A stretch of 64,000 bases of DNA from an uncultured Gammaproteobacteria bacterium (GTDB lineage: Bacteria; Patescibacteriota; Patescibacteriia; UBA9934). Both the position numbers and the translations under genes were made by a program. The stretch is from the NCBI GenBank assembly GCA_964355955.1, contig CAYHFQ010000002.1, positions 2,338 through 66,337 of the forward strand, read 5' to 3'. The notes under the pieces were generated by a model. That model had not been told where the DNA came from, made no database searches, and worked only from the letters and a program-made list of their open reading frames with translations. Of this stretch, positions 1 through 9,300 are shown piece after piece; within the stretch, counting starts at the first letter, position 1; every line of letters starts with the position of its first letter.

Positions 1-1
1 A

Positions 2-1198
2 TTCGCTCATGAACGCGCGGCCGGTGAAAGTGGCGCCTTGCCGCATGATGTGGAAGAAGGTCCAGACGTCGTTAATATCATGACCGTGCACGGTGCCAAG
101 GGCCTGGAGTTCCGCTTTGTCTTCGTCGTCAACTTGGTCGAGCAGCGTTTCCCCTCACAGGCTCGCGGCACCTCGCTCTCATTCCCGCCGGGCCTCGTCA
201 ACGAAGACTGGTCAAGTGAAGAACATCACCGCGAAGAACGCCGCCTCTTTTACGTCGCCATGACCCGGGCCAAAGAAGGTCTCTATCTCATGTCAGCTGA
301 CGATTACGGTGGCGTCCGCTACAAAAAACCTTCGCGCTATCTAATCGAGCTCGGCTTCGTCGACCCCGCCACGATTAAAACCGGTCAGAAGGAAAAGGAC
401 GTTCTCGGCGGTTCGGTTGCAGTCACTGACACCGCCCCCTTCGTTTACAAAGTTCCAGAAAAACTCAGCTTCACCCAAATCACTGCCTTCGCCAAATGCC
501 CATTGCAATACAAATTCGCCCACGTCTTGCACGTGCCAATCTTCGGCCGTCACCAAATGAGCTACGGCAAGTCCATGCACAATACACTCCAGCATTTTAT
601 GGAGTCTCTATTGCCGTCAGGAGCTTCGGCCAAGGTACCGCTGCTAGTCGACCTCCTCAAACTCTTCGACGAGCAATGGATTGACGAATGGTACGAGAGC
701 GACGAACAACGAGAAGAATATCGCTCTGGCGGCCGATCATCGTTGGTGACTTTTCATAAACAGGTAATCGAGCAACAACCCAAACCAATCTATCTCGAAG
801 CCGGCTTCACGCTCAAAGTACTCGATGTCACGCTCAAAGGTCGCATTGACCGTATCGACCAGACAGCCGACGGTTGGGAAATTGTCGACTACAAAACTGG
901 CGGCGCTAAAACCATTAAAGATTTAGCTTGGGACGACAAACGCCAGTTGGTGCTGTACGCTATGGCGGTAGCCCAGTGTTTCCCCGACGCCCCCGCCAAC
1001 ATCAAACTCACTTACTATTATCTGGAAGATAACTCAACTGTCAGCTTTGAGGCGACAGAGAAGGACAAGGCCAAGCTCATCGACGACATTACCGAATTCA
1101 TGAGCGCCATCAAGGTCAGCAACTTCGCCCCAGAGCCAAGTCAGCACACCTGCAAGTTCTGCGACTTTAAGGATATCTGTGACTTCAACGCTTCGTAA
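2..1198 (+). CDS. UvrD/PcrA-type SF1 helicase fused to C-terminal PD-(D/E)XK nuclease with 4-Cys Fe-S motif (AddA/AdnAB-like); 5'-partial
   Basis: Frame open from window start; helicase motifs TVHGAKGLEF and EERRLFYVAMTRAK; nuclease motif GRIDRID...IVDYKTG; Cys in AKCPLQY and CKFCDFKDIC. Confidence 0.9.
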   Translation, partial: FAHERAAGESGALPHDVEEGPDVVNIMTVHGAKGLEFRFVFVVNLVEQRFPSQARGTSLSFPPGLVNEDWSSEEHHREERRLFYVAMTRAKEGLYLMSADDYGGVRYKKPSRYLIELGFVDPATIKTGQKEKDVLGGSVAVTDTAPFVYKVPEKLSFTQITAFAKCPLQYKFAHVLHVPIFGRHQMSYGKSMHNTLQHFMESLLPSGASAKVPLLVDLLKLFDEQWIDEWYESDEQREEYRSGGRSSLVTFHKQVIEQQPKPIYLEAGFTLKVLDVTLKGRIDRIDQTADGWEIVDYKTGGAKTIKDLAWDDKRQLVLYAMAVAQCFPDAPANIKLTYYYLEDNSTVSFEATEKDKAKLIDDITEFMSAIKVSNFAPEPSQHTCKFCDFKDICDFNAS

Positions 1199-1200
1199 AT

Positions 1201-1548
1201 ATGGGCATGCAAGACATTAGCAACTTCCTCGCCACGTCATTCTTGAAACGCCACGGCATCGAGCAATCCGTCACCGCCACCATGATCGTGCAACGTGCCA
1301 ACGTCATCCTGGCCGAGCTCATCATCAACTCACCGCTTAAGAACGACGTCTACGTCATCTCCTACAAAAATGACGAGTTGGTGGTGGCTTGTCGTCACGC
1401 TGCCGCTAGTCACGCCGTGCAGGGACTACTGCCACAATTGCGTCAGGCCATTCAACAAGATTTTCCCAATAAATCTTTTCTAGCTCTCCGTACTCGCTTG
1501 AGCGGCCAAGAGTGGTATAATGACGCTAGTCTTGAACCTGGCTCCTGA
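1201..1548 (+). CDS. Small protein, probable DciA/DUF721 family
   Basis: 115 aa; pattern VISYKNDELVVACRHAAASHAVQ resembles the DUF721 core; recognised from memory only. Confidence 0.5.
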   Translation: MGMQDISNFLATSFLKRHGIEQSVTATMIVQRANVILAELIINSPLKNDVYVISYKNDELVVACRHAAASHAVQGLLPQLRQAIQQDFPNKSFLALRTRLSGQEWYNDASLEPGS

Positions 1549-1554
1549 ACCATT

Positions 1555-1938
1555 ATGAATTTACGCGATTATCTCCTCTCATTGTTAGCCGGAACTGTCG
1601 CCGCTCTCACCTCGGCGGTCATTGTGCTACTCATGATCGACCCTGTCAGTGCTGGCTTACTGGCTTTTGCGAGCCTCTACATAACCCTAGGTGCGGCTGC
1701 TGTCGGGCTATTTACCATCATCGGTACCCTGATTCGTGTTAAGCGCCAAGCCGCTGGTGCCGACGTCGGCCAGGCCGTGGCCCGGTCGCTCCGCCAAGCT
1801 ATCTTCTTTGCCGTCCTACTCCTCATCTCACTTTTCCTCTCGGCCCGCGATTTGCTCACGGTGTGGACAGTTTTACTGCTCGTTATTTTGGTAACCTTAG
1901 TCGAATTTTTCTTCCTAGCAGGGAAGCGTGAAGCGTAG
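1555..1938 (+). CDS. Hypothetical membrane protein (about 4 TM)
   Basis: Four hydrophobic segments; operonic spacing. Confidence 0.7.
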   Translation: MNLRDYLLSLLAGTVAALTSAVIVLLMIDPVSAGLLAFASLYITLGAAAVGLFTIIGTLIRVKRQAAGADVGQAVARSLRQAIFFAVLLLISLFLSARDLLTVWTVLLLVILVTLVEFFFLAGKREA

Positions 1939-1954
1939 TAAAGTGTGAGCTGAT

Positions 1955-3007
1955 ATGTTCAACCGACTCTTCGGTCGCTTTTCGCGCGACATTGCTATTG
2001 ACCTTGGTACTTCGCATACTCGCCTTTTCATTAAGGAGAAGGGTATTGTCATGCACGAGCCATCCATCGTTGCCGTCAACACCCGCACCAATCAAATTCT
2101 GGCCGTCGGTCACGCTGCTAAAGACATGGTGGGTAAAACGCCACCGCATATTATTACCACCAGACCACTCAGCAAGGGTGTTATTTCCGACTTCGAAGTG
2201 ACAGAGAAAATGCTTAAATATTTCGTCGACACCATTCACCAGGAATCATTCACTATCGTGCCCCGTCCACACATTGTGATGAGTGTGCCACTCGAAATTA
2301 CAGAGGTTGAACGCAAAGCTGTGGAAGACGCCGCTATTGGAGCCGGTGCTCGCGAAGTGTCTTTGGTGGAGTCACCAATTCTTGCTGCCTTGGGTGCTGG
2401 TCTGCCGATCGAAGCCTCCATCGGCAACATGATTGTCGACATTGGCGGCGGCACTACGGAGATTGCTGTCATCTCACTGTGCGGCATCGTCACCTGGAAG
2501 TCGCTCACGGTAGCTGGCGACGAAATGACTAAAAATATTATCACCTACGCTCGTGATGTCTTTAACATTTTGACTGGCGACAAAGTGGCGGAACAGGTCA
2601 AGATGCGGATTGGTAGCACGGTCGATACCGGCAACCGGCTCGAAATCGAAATGCGTGGTCGTGACCTTGTTACAGGCTTGCCTAAACAAGTCATTATCAA
2701 TGAAGGCCAAGTGCGTGAAGCCATCTACAAATCCGTCAAAGTCATTATCGAAAATATCAAAGCGACGATTGAAGTTACGCCACCAGAACTTGTGGCCGAC
2801 ATTTACGAGCGCGGTATTGTGCTGACCGGCGGGGGAGCATTACTCCGCGGTATTGAACGCAGCATCAGTAAGGAGGTGGACATCCCTGTACGTATTGCCG
2901 AAGACCCCATGACGGCCACGGTGCGCGGCGCTGGCCTCTTGCTCGACCAGCCGTTACTCCTCAAGGACATAGCCTTGCCTGCCACCGGTCACGACGCCGT
3001 CCGCTAA
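1955..3007 (+). CDS. mreB: Rod shape-determining protein MreB
   Basis: IAIDLGT, DIGGGTTE, VLTGGGALL actin-like motifs; upstream of mreC. Confidence 0.97.
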   Translation: MFNRLFGRFSRDIAIDLGTSHTRLFIKEKGIVMHEPSIVAVNTRTNQILAVGHAAKDMVGKTPPHIITTRPLSKGVISDFEVTEKMLKYFVDTIHQESFTIVPRPHIVMSVPLEITEVERKAVEDAAIGAGAREVSLVESPILAALGAGLPIEASIGNMIVDIGGGTTEIAVISLCGIVTWKSLTVAGDEMTKNIITYARDVFNILTGDKVAEQVKMRIGSTVDTGNRLEIEMRGRDLVTGLPKQVIINEGQVREAIYKSVKVIIENIKATIEVTPPELVADIYERGIVLTGGGALLRGIERSISKEVDIPVRIAEDPMTATVRGAGLLLDQPLLLKDIALPATGHDAVR

Positions 3008-3017
3008 CTAAGCGAGT

Positions 3018-3824
3018 ATGCTTCGTCAATCGAGAATCACGAAGACGGGTTACGGCTTGCGCACAGCCGGTATTTTTGTCGCCATCGTCCTCGGCTATTT
3101 GTTGTTGCGCGCTATTCCGCCAGTTGGTCGAGTCTTGGCGCGGGTTGAACACGGCTTCGTAGTTTTAGGTACGGGTATTGGGGGCATCATTTCTCGTGTG
3201 ACAAGTTCCGAATCTTCGACTAATTCTAAGCTAAACGTCTGTACCACTCAGCTCGCGCTGGCCACAACACAGGTAGCTGGTTTAAGTGACGAAGCGAAGA
3301 ACATCAAAGAGCTAGAAGCTATGCTCGGTTATGTAGCCGAGTCCCACGTCACAGGAGTGGCAGCTCGCATCGTCACTCGATCGCTGCCTGAGACATCCGA
3401 ATTAACTATCGACAAGGGCAGCAGCGACGGCGTAGTGAGCGGCAGTGCCGTCACCATTGCGGATGGGCACCTACTCGGCGTAGTCACGAGCGTGGCTAAT
3501 GGTTCAGCTCAAGTCCGCCTAGTCCACAGTCAAGCCAGTAGTATTCCCGCCATGATTATAAATAGCGACCGCACTATCGGTTTGGTGGAAGGGCAGGAGG
3601 GTACGGTGCTCCGCATGCAGTACATTCCGCTCGATGCTAACGTCCATGAAGGCGACGTGGTCGTCACGTCCGGCCTAGCTGGGGGTTTGCCGGCTAACAT
3701 CGTCATCGGTTTGGTGACGAGCGTTATTAGCGTGGAGACGGCGCCTTTTCTAGAAGCCTTAATCGAGCCACTCTATGATGACCGTACCTGGACCAACGTG
3801 CTTGTCTTAAGTCCAACTTTTTAA
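3018..3824 (+). CDS. mreC: Rod shape-determining protein MreC
   Basis: N-terminal TM, IDKGSSDGV, GDVVVTSGL motifs; synteny. Confidence 0.92.
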   Translation: MLRQSRITKTGYGLRTAGIFVAIVLGYLLLRAIPPVGRVLARVEHGFVVLGTGIGGIISRVTSSESSTNSKLNVCTTQLALATTQVAGLSDEAKNIKELEAMLGYVAESHVTGVAARIVTRSLPETSELTIDKGSSDGVVSGSAVTIADGHLLGVVTSVANGSAQVRLVHSQASSIPAMIINSDRTIGLVEGQEGTVLRMQYIPLDANVHEGDVVVTSGLAGGLPANIVIGLVTSVISVETAPFLEALIEPLYDDRTWTNVLVLSPTF

Positions 3825-3825
3825 T

Positions 3826-4332
3826 ATGCGCGAGGCCATTTATCTCGCCATAGGTTTTGCGCTGACCATGCTGATGGCTATAGGCATTGTGCCGTCTTTG
3901 CCGTTCCCCCTAACTTACACACCACTCGTGTTAATCACCGGCTTGTTGGTACTCCAGCGTGAGGGAGTTGGGCCTGGTGTGGCCTGGTTATTGCTCGGTA
4001 GTTTACTCATGACTATTGATCACGTTGCACCCTACACACTTTGGCCAACCATCATTGCCACCCTAGTCGCCGTTATTTTCGCTACCCGAGTTTTCGCCAC
4101 CCGTTCCGTTTACGCTCTCATGGGTCTCGGGTTAGTTACTGGCCTCACTTATAGTTTAACTGTCCTGTTTGGTGCGCTCTTGGCGGTAATATTTTCAGCT
4201 ACCCCGCTACCGTCTACTTTGCTACCCAGCCTCTTAGCTTTTTTTGTACTTTTACAACTTTGCCTCTACCTTGGCTTCATGGCTATAGTCTCCCTCCGCA
4301 GCTGGACCTTACGAACCTTCGTTGTCCGCTAG
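3826..4332 (+). CDS. mreD: MreD-like membrane protein
   Basis: 168-aa multi-TM protein between mreC and pbp2; mainly positional call. Confidence 0.6.
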   Translation: MREAIYLAIGFALTMLMAIGIVPSLPFPLTYTPLVLITGLLVLQREGVGPGVAWLLLGSLLMTIDHVAPYTLWPTIIATLVAVIFATRVFATRSVYALMGLGLVTGLTYSLTVLFGALLAVIFSATPLPSTLLPSLLAFFVLLQLCLYLGFMAIVSLRSWTLRTFVVR

Positions 4333-4333
4333 T

Positions 4334-6229
4334 ATGAAATCTCCTTCGCCTTTCGGTACCTTGCTAAACGACGACTTGGGCGTGCTGTCAGACAGCTCGT
4401 CGGACATTGCTATGACGGAAGTAGTTGGTCGTCGTGGCCGCGTCGATAGTGAACCTGTTCGGGCTTTTGTCGGTAATGTCATTCCAGCCAAACGTTACAA
4501 ACTTGGAATTATTTTGACCCTCAGTTTACTCGGATTCTTTTTAGCTCGTGCTGGTTATTTCCAAATCATCCAAGGCGCCAACTATCGTGCCATTGCCGAG
4601 TCGAACCGTGGTCGCACACACATCTTGCCAGCCAAACGTGGCTTGATTACGGATCGGGACGGCGTCATCCTCGCTAAGAATATCCCGTCATTTACACTCA
4701 TCGCCCGACCAGCCGAATTGCCAAAGAAAGAAGTAGCTCGCAATAGTTTGTTTGCGGAGGTAGCTTCTGAGCTTGGTGGCGACGCTTTGGCCTGGACAGC
4801 AGCCTACGAAACTGGTCATGCCGCTTCATCCTTTGAGCTAATGGAGAACGTGCCGTATGAGCAGGCCTTAGCTTTTGCTGTGCATGATAGCGACGTGGTG
4901 GGTATCGACTTGATGCTCGACGCCAAACGGTCTTATGTTACCAACGCCATTCCATCGCTCTCGCATGTCATGGGTTACACTGGCGTCATGAATGCGGAAG
5001 ATTACGCAGCAGAGAAAAAGAATGGCTACCAACCTTACGACAAGATTGGTAAGCAGGGCGTGGAGTCGACGCATGAGGCGGAATTACGTGGTACGAACGG
5101 TTACGAAACGCTCGAGGTCAACGCCCAGGGCAAATACTTGCGCACGGTGGCTAAGCAGGACCCAGTTGATGGCGCCCGTTTGACGTTGTCTATCGACGCC
5201 AACTTGCAGCAGCATATTGAACAGGTCATGGCGGGGAGGCTCAAGGGTACCGTGGCCTCGCGTGGGGCCGTCGTCGTCATGAATCCGAAGAATGGGGAGA
5301 TTCTCGCCTTAGTTTCGTGGCCAGCCTATGACGCCAATCTTTTTACGGATGGCATTAGTCAGACTAATTACGACGCACTTCTCAACGACCCCGATCATCC
5401 GCTCTTCCCACGGGCCACGGCGGGGGAGTACCCCTCGGGCAGTACCATTAAGCCAATGTATGCTGCGGCCGCTTTAACCGAGGGCATCATCACCCCAAGT
5501 ACCACCGTCATCTCAACTGGTGGCTTGCAGATCGGCAACCGCTTCTTTCCCGACTGGCGGCCAGGTGGCCACGGCCTCACTAACGTCTACCACGCCATTG
5601 CGGACAGCGTGAATACTTTTTTCTACATGATCGGCGGTGGCTACGATACGTTTAAAGGCTTGGGTATCGACCGGCTCATGTCCTGGGCGGCCACTTTCGG
5701 CTTCGGAACTGTGAGCGGCCTTGATGTGCCAGGGGAGGGCAACGGTTTTTTGCCAAGCCCCGCTGCAAAACTCGAGGCCACTGGCGAGCCGTGGTACATC
5801 GGCGACACTTACAATGTCTCGATCGGTCAGGGCGACTTCTTAGTGACGCCCGTCCAAATCGCTCGCGCCACTTCCGTCTTTGCTAACGACGGTGTGCTCG
5901 AAACCCCACACCTCGAACTCGGCCTCGACTTGCCAGAGACACGTATTGTCTCAAGCGAAGTCGCCCAAGTCATTAAAGACGCCATGCGCCAAACAGTCAC
6001 CAATGGCTCAGCTAGCTCCATGCAGAGCGTACCTGTCGCTGTGGTCGGTAAAACTGGTACCGCCCAGTGGTCGCACTCTTCACCACCACATTCCTGGTTC
6101 ACCGGTTTCGCGCCGTACGATGATCCAGAGATAACGATTACCACTGTCATTGAAGAAGGCGGCAATGCGGCGCTGGCAATTCCCATCAGCCGGGAGATAT
6201 TAGAATGGTACTTTGCGGACCGCAAATAA
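4334..6229 (+). CDS. mrdA: Penicillin-binding protein 2
   Basis: PAKRGLITDRDG, SxxK (GSTIK), SxN (SVN), KTGT motifs. Confidence 0.95.
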   Translation: MKSPSPFGTLLNDDLGVLSDSSSDIAMTEVVGRRGRVDSEPVRAFVGNVIPAKRYKLGIILTLSLLGFFLARAGYFQIIQGANYRAIAESNRGRTHILPAKRGLITDRDGVILAKNIPSFTLIARPAELPKKEVARNSLFAEVASELGGDALAWTAAYETGHAASSFELMENVPYEQALAFAVHDSDVVGIDLMLDAKRSYVTNAIPSLSHVMGYTGVMNAEDYAAEKKNGYQPYDKIGKQGVESTHEAELRGTNGYETLEVNAQGKYLRTVAKQDPVDGARLTLSIDANLQQHIEQVMAGRLKGTVASRGAVVVMNPKNGEILALVSWPAYDANLFTDGISQTNYDALLNDPDHPLFPRATAGEYPSGSTIKPMYAAAALTEGIITPSTTVISTGGLQIGNRFFPDWRPGGHGLTNVYHAIADSVNTFFYMIGGGYDTFKGLGIDRLMSWAATFGFGTVSGLDVPGEGNGFLPSPAAKLEATGEPWYIGDTYNVSIGQGDFLVTPVQIARATSVFANDGVLETPHLELGLDLPETRIVSSEVAQVIKDAMRQTVTNGSASSMQSVPVAVVGKTGTAQWSHSSPPHSWFTGFAPYDDPEITITTVIEEGGNAALAIPISREILEWYFADRK

Positions 6230-6345
6230 GCGGGATGATCATTCGCAAATAGGCGGGGTTACCATGCCCCGCTGAAGTTATCCACGGCTCTCGTTGACCA
6301 ACAAAATTACGCATGATAATACTGAAGCAGTTTAAATACTGTCCT

Positions 6346-9300
6346 ATGCGCATTTTGCCATCACGCTGGCTGTTTGGTCTTATCGGTATCATAGGGCTTG
6401 GCTTATTGGCTTTACCATCAGCCACTTTCGCTACAGTCACAGATCAAGACAGCTCGCCGTTTGTGGTCAAAAATCAAATCAAACTCGCACCGGACATGCG
6501 CACCGGTGCGTTTTCGTATACTTACCCCATCACCTTACCTCCTGGCCGTAATGGTCTTCAGCCCAGCCTCGGTCTATCTTACAGTAGCAGTAATAGCGAT
6601 AACGCCAACCTCGCCGGCTACGGCTGGTTGCTGAATCTCCCAACCATCGAACGCATAGCCACCCACGGCACCGATGACCTCTACACTAGTCACGACTTTA
6701 CCTCATCACTTTCCGGCGACCTCGAAGACATTTCTTTAACCGACGCCACGCACGGCACATACGGCGCCAAGGTCGACGATGGTTCCTTCCTCGCTTACGT
6801 CTACAATTCCGACGAGTCGTGGACAGTCACGGACAAGCAGGGCACCATCTACACTTTTGCCGCAGACACCTCAGCTCAAATCGTTAGCAATACCGACACC
6901 ACGCACGTCTTCCGTTGGTACTTAACCGAGATGCGAGACACCAACGATAACTTCATCGCTTACACTTACTCCAAAGACGCTGGCCAAGTTTATCCCTCAT
7001 CTATCACCTACACCGGTCACGGTAGCACCGCTGGCATTTTTGCTGTTAACTTCACTCTGGAGAGCCGCAGCGACGCGGTCACTTCTTTCGCCACTGGTTT
7101 CTCTGTCAAAACCTCTTATCGCATCAGCGCCATCAACGTCACCGAGAATAGCTCCACTATTCGTAATTACGCCTTAGCCTACATCGCTGGTAGCAACGAC
7201 ATTCGTTCACTACTCTCAACTATCACGGAAACCGCCACCGACGAAGCGACCTCATCAATAATTACCAAACCAGCTACTACTTTTGACTATTCTGCCAACA
7301 CGGATTCATGGACGGAAGACACGAGTTTTGGCGGCTTACCAGAACCTATTGCTGGCACTAGTCTTGGCAGCCTCGGCATTTATTTCTTCGACGTCAACGG
7401 CGACGCTTTGCCAGACATGGTGAAGTCGAAAAGTACTACTCGCACTGTTTATATTAACAACGGCGACAATACGTGGACAGAGGACACCAGTATTACCGTA
7501 CCGTTGCAGTTCGCTAATTCTTTAGGAAAGGATACAGGCGTCCGAGTATTTGATTTGAATGGCGATGGCGAACAGGATTTAATCTCTTCACATATTGATT
7601 CTAGCGGCAATGTAGCTTCTGGAATTTATCTAAACAATGGTGACGGTACTGGCTGGACGGAGGATACGACGCTTGCTGTACCAATTGCTTTTACCAACGA
7701 CGGCAGTGGTTTAGATTTTGGTGTGCGCATTATAGATGCAGATGGAGACGGTATGCAGGACTTAGTCTACAGTCGAGATGGCATGACGACGGCAGTTTAT
7801 ATTAATAATGGTGACGGTACCGGCTGGACCGAGGACACTGGTTATGTGGTACCTATACAGTTTGTGACTTCTGGTTTGTACGACATGGGAGTTCGTCAGC
7901 TCGATGTTAATGGGGATGGGTTGCTTGATTTAGTAAAATCTAGATACACCGGCTCTTCATCGGTTATCGACGAAGCGGTCTACATTAATAACGGAAATGG
8001 TACAGGATGGAGCGAAGATACAAATTACTCCGTACCTGTTGCTGTAATTTTAAGTAATTTCGCGGATAACGGTGTTCGCTATCTAGATGTTAATAGAGAC
8101 GGGTTGACCGACATTGTCTACTTCCGTTCGTATTCCGGAACTGATTATAAAGATGTCTACATTAATAACGGAAATGGTACTGGTTGGACAGAAGATGCGT
8201 CCTATCAAGCTCCATTAGCGTATACGATTAACGGTTTTGATGTCGGTGTTCGTGAAGAAGACATCAACGGTGACGGACTGGATGATACTATTCGTTCTCG
8301 TGATATTAGTACTTTACAAGAAAATCTCTACCTCGCCAGTCCCACGTTCAGCGATAAACTTACCACTGTCACCACCAGCACTGGTGCTTCAACTTCCGTC
8401 ACTTACCAACCCTCAATCACAGTGGGTGGCGACCTCTCGTTCCCACTATCCGTTGTTGCGACTGAAACTGTCGACGACGGCCTAGGCCACACTGCCACCA
8501 CTAGCTACGACTTCGCGGATGGCGATTACTACTACGCCAGTGAGTATGACCGCAAGTTCGCTGGCTTCGGTATGGTCACCATCACTGACGCTAGTGGCAA
8601 AGTCACTAAGCGTTATTATCACCAGGGCAACGCCACCAATAGTACCCAGGGCGAAAGTAGCGACGACGTCAGCAAACTCTGGCAAATGTATCGCGAAGAA
8701 AGCTATGACGACGCCAGCCATCTATTCCGCACTGTCATTCATTCGTTCACCAGTGTCGACCTCGGCTATAGTCGAACCTTCGTTTACGAGAACCAAACGC
8801 TTGAACTCCGCTATGACGCGGACAGTGACCACACGGACTTAGCCACAAGCTACACTTATGATACTTCAACTGGTAATCTAACCGAAAAGAAAGAGTGGGG
8901 GAGAGTCACCGGCGTTGACGCTGGCACGTTTACAGATTCTGCCAGTGACACCCGGATCACAGATTACACTTACGCCAGTTTCTCGACCGGTCTGTGTGGC
9001 CTCGTCGACGATGAGCTGGTCAAAAACAACGCTGGCTCTACCGTTCAGGAAACAAAATATTATTACGATAGCTCAAGCCTCGGTACCGCCACGCTCGGCA
9101 ATCTGACGACCGAAGCGCATTGGACAGCTGGCAGTAGCTTCGTTAATACCGCCTATACTTACGACGGCTACGGTTTACTCGCCACTAAAACCGATGCTTT
9201 GAGTAACACCACCACCTTCACACCTGACTCGGCTAATCTCTACACAGCCACCCAGACGAATGCTTTAAGCCAGGCCACGGCTTACACTTACGATTACTCA

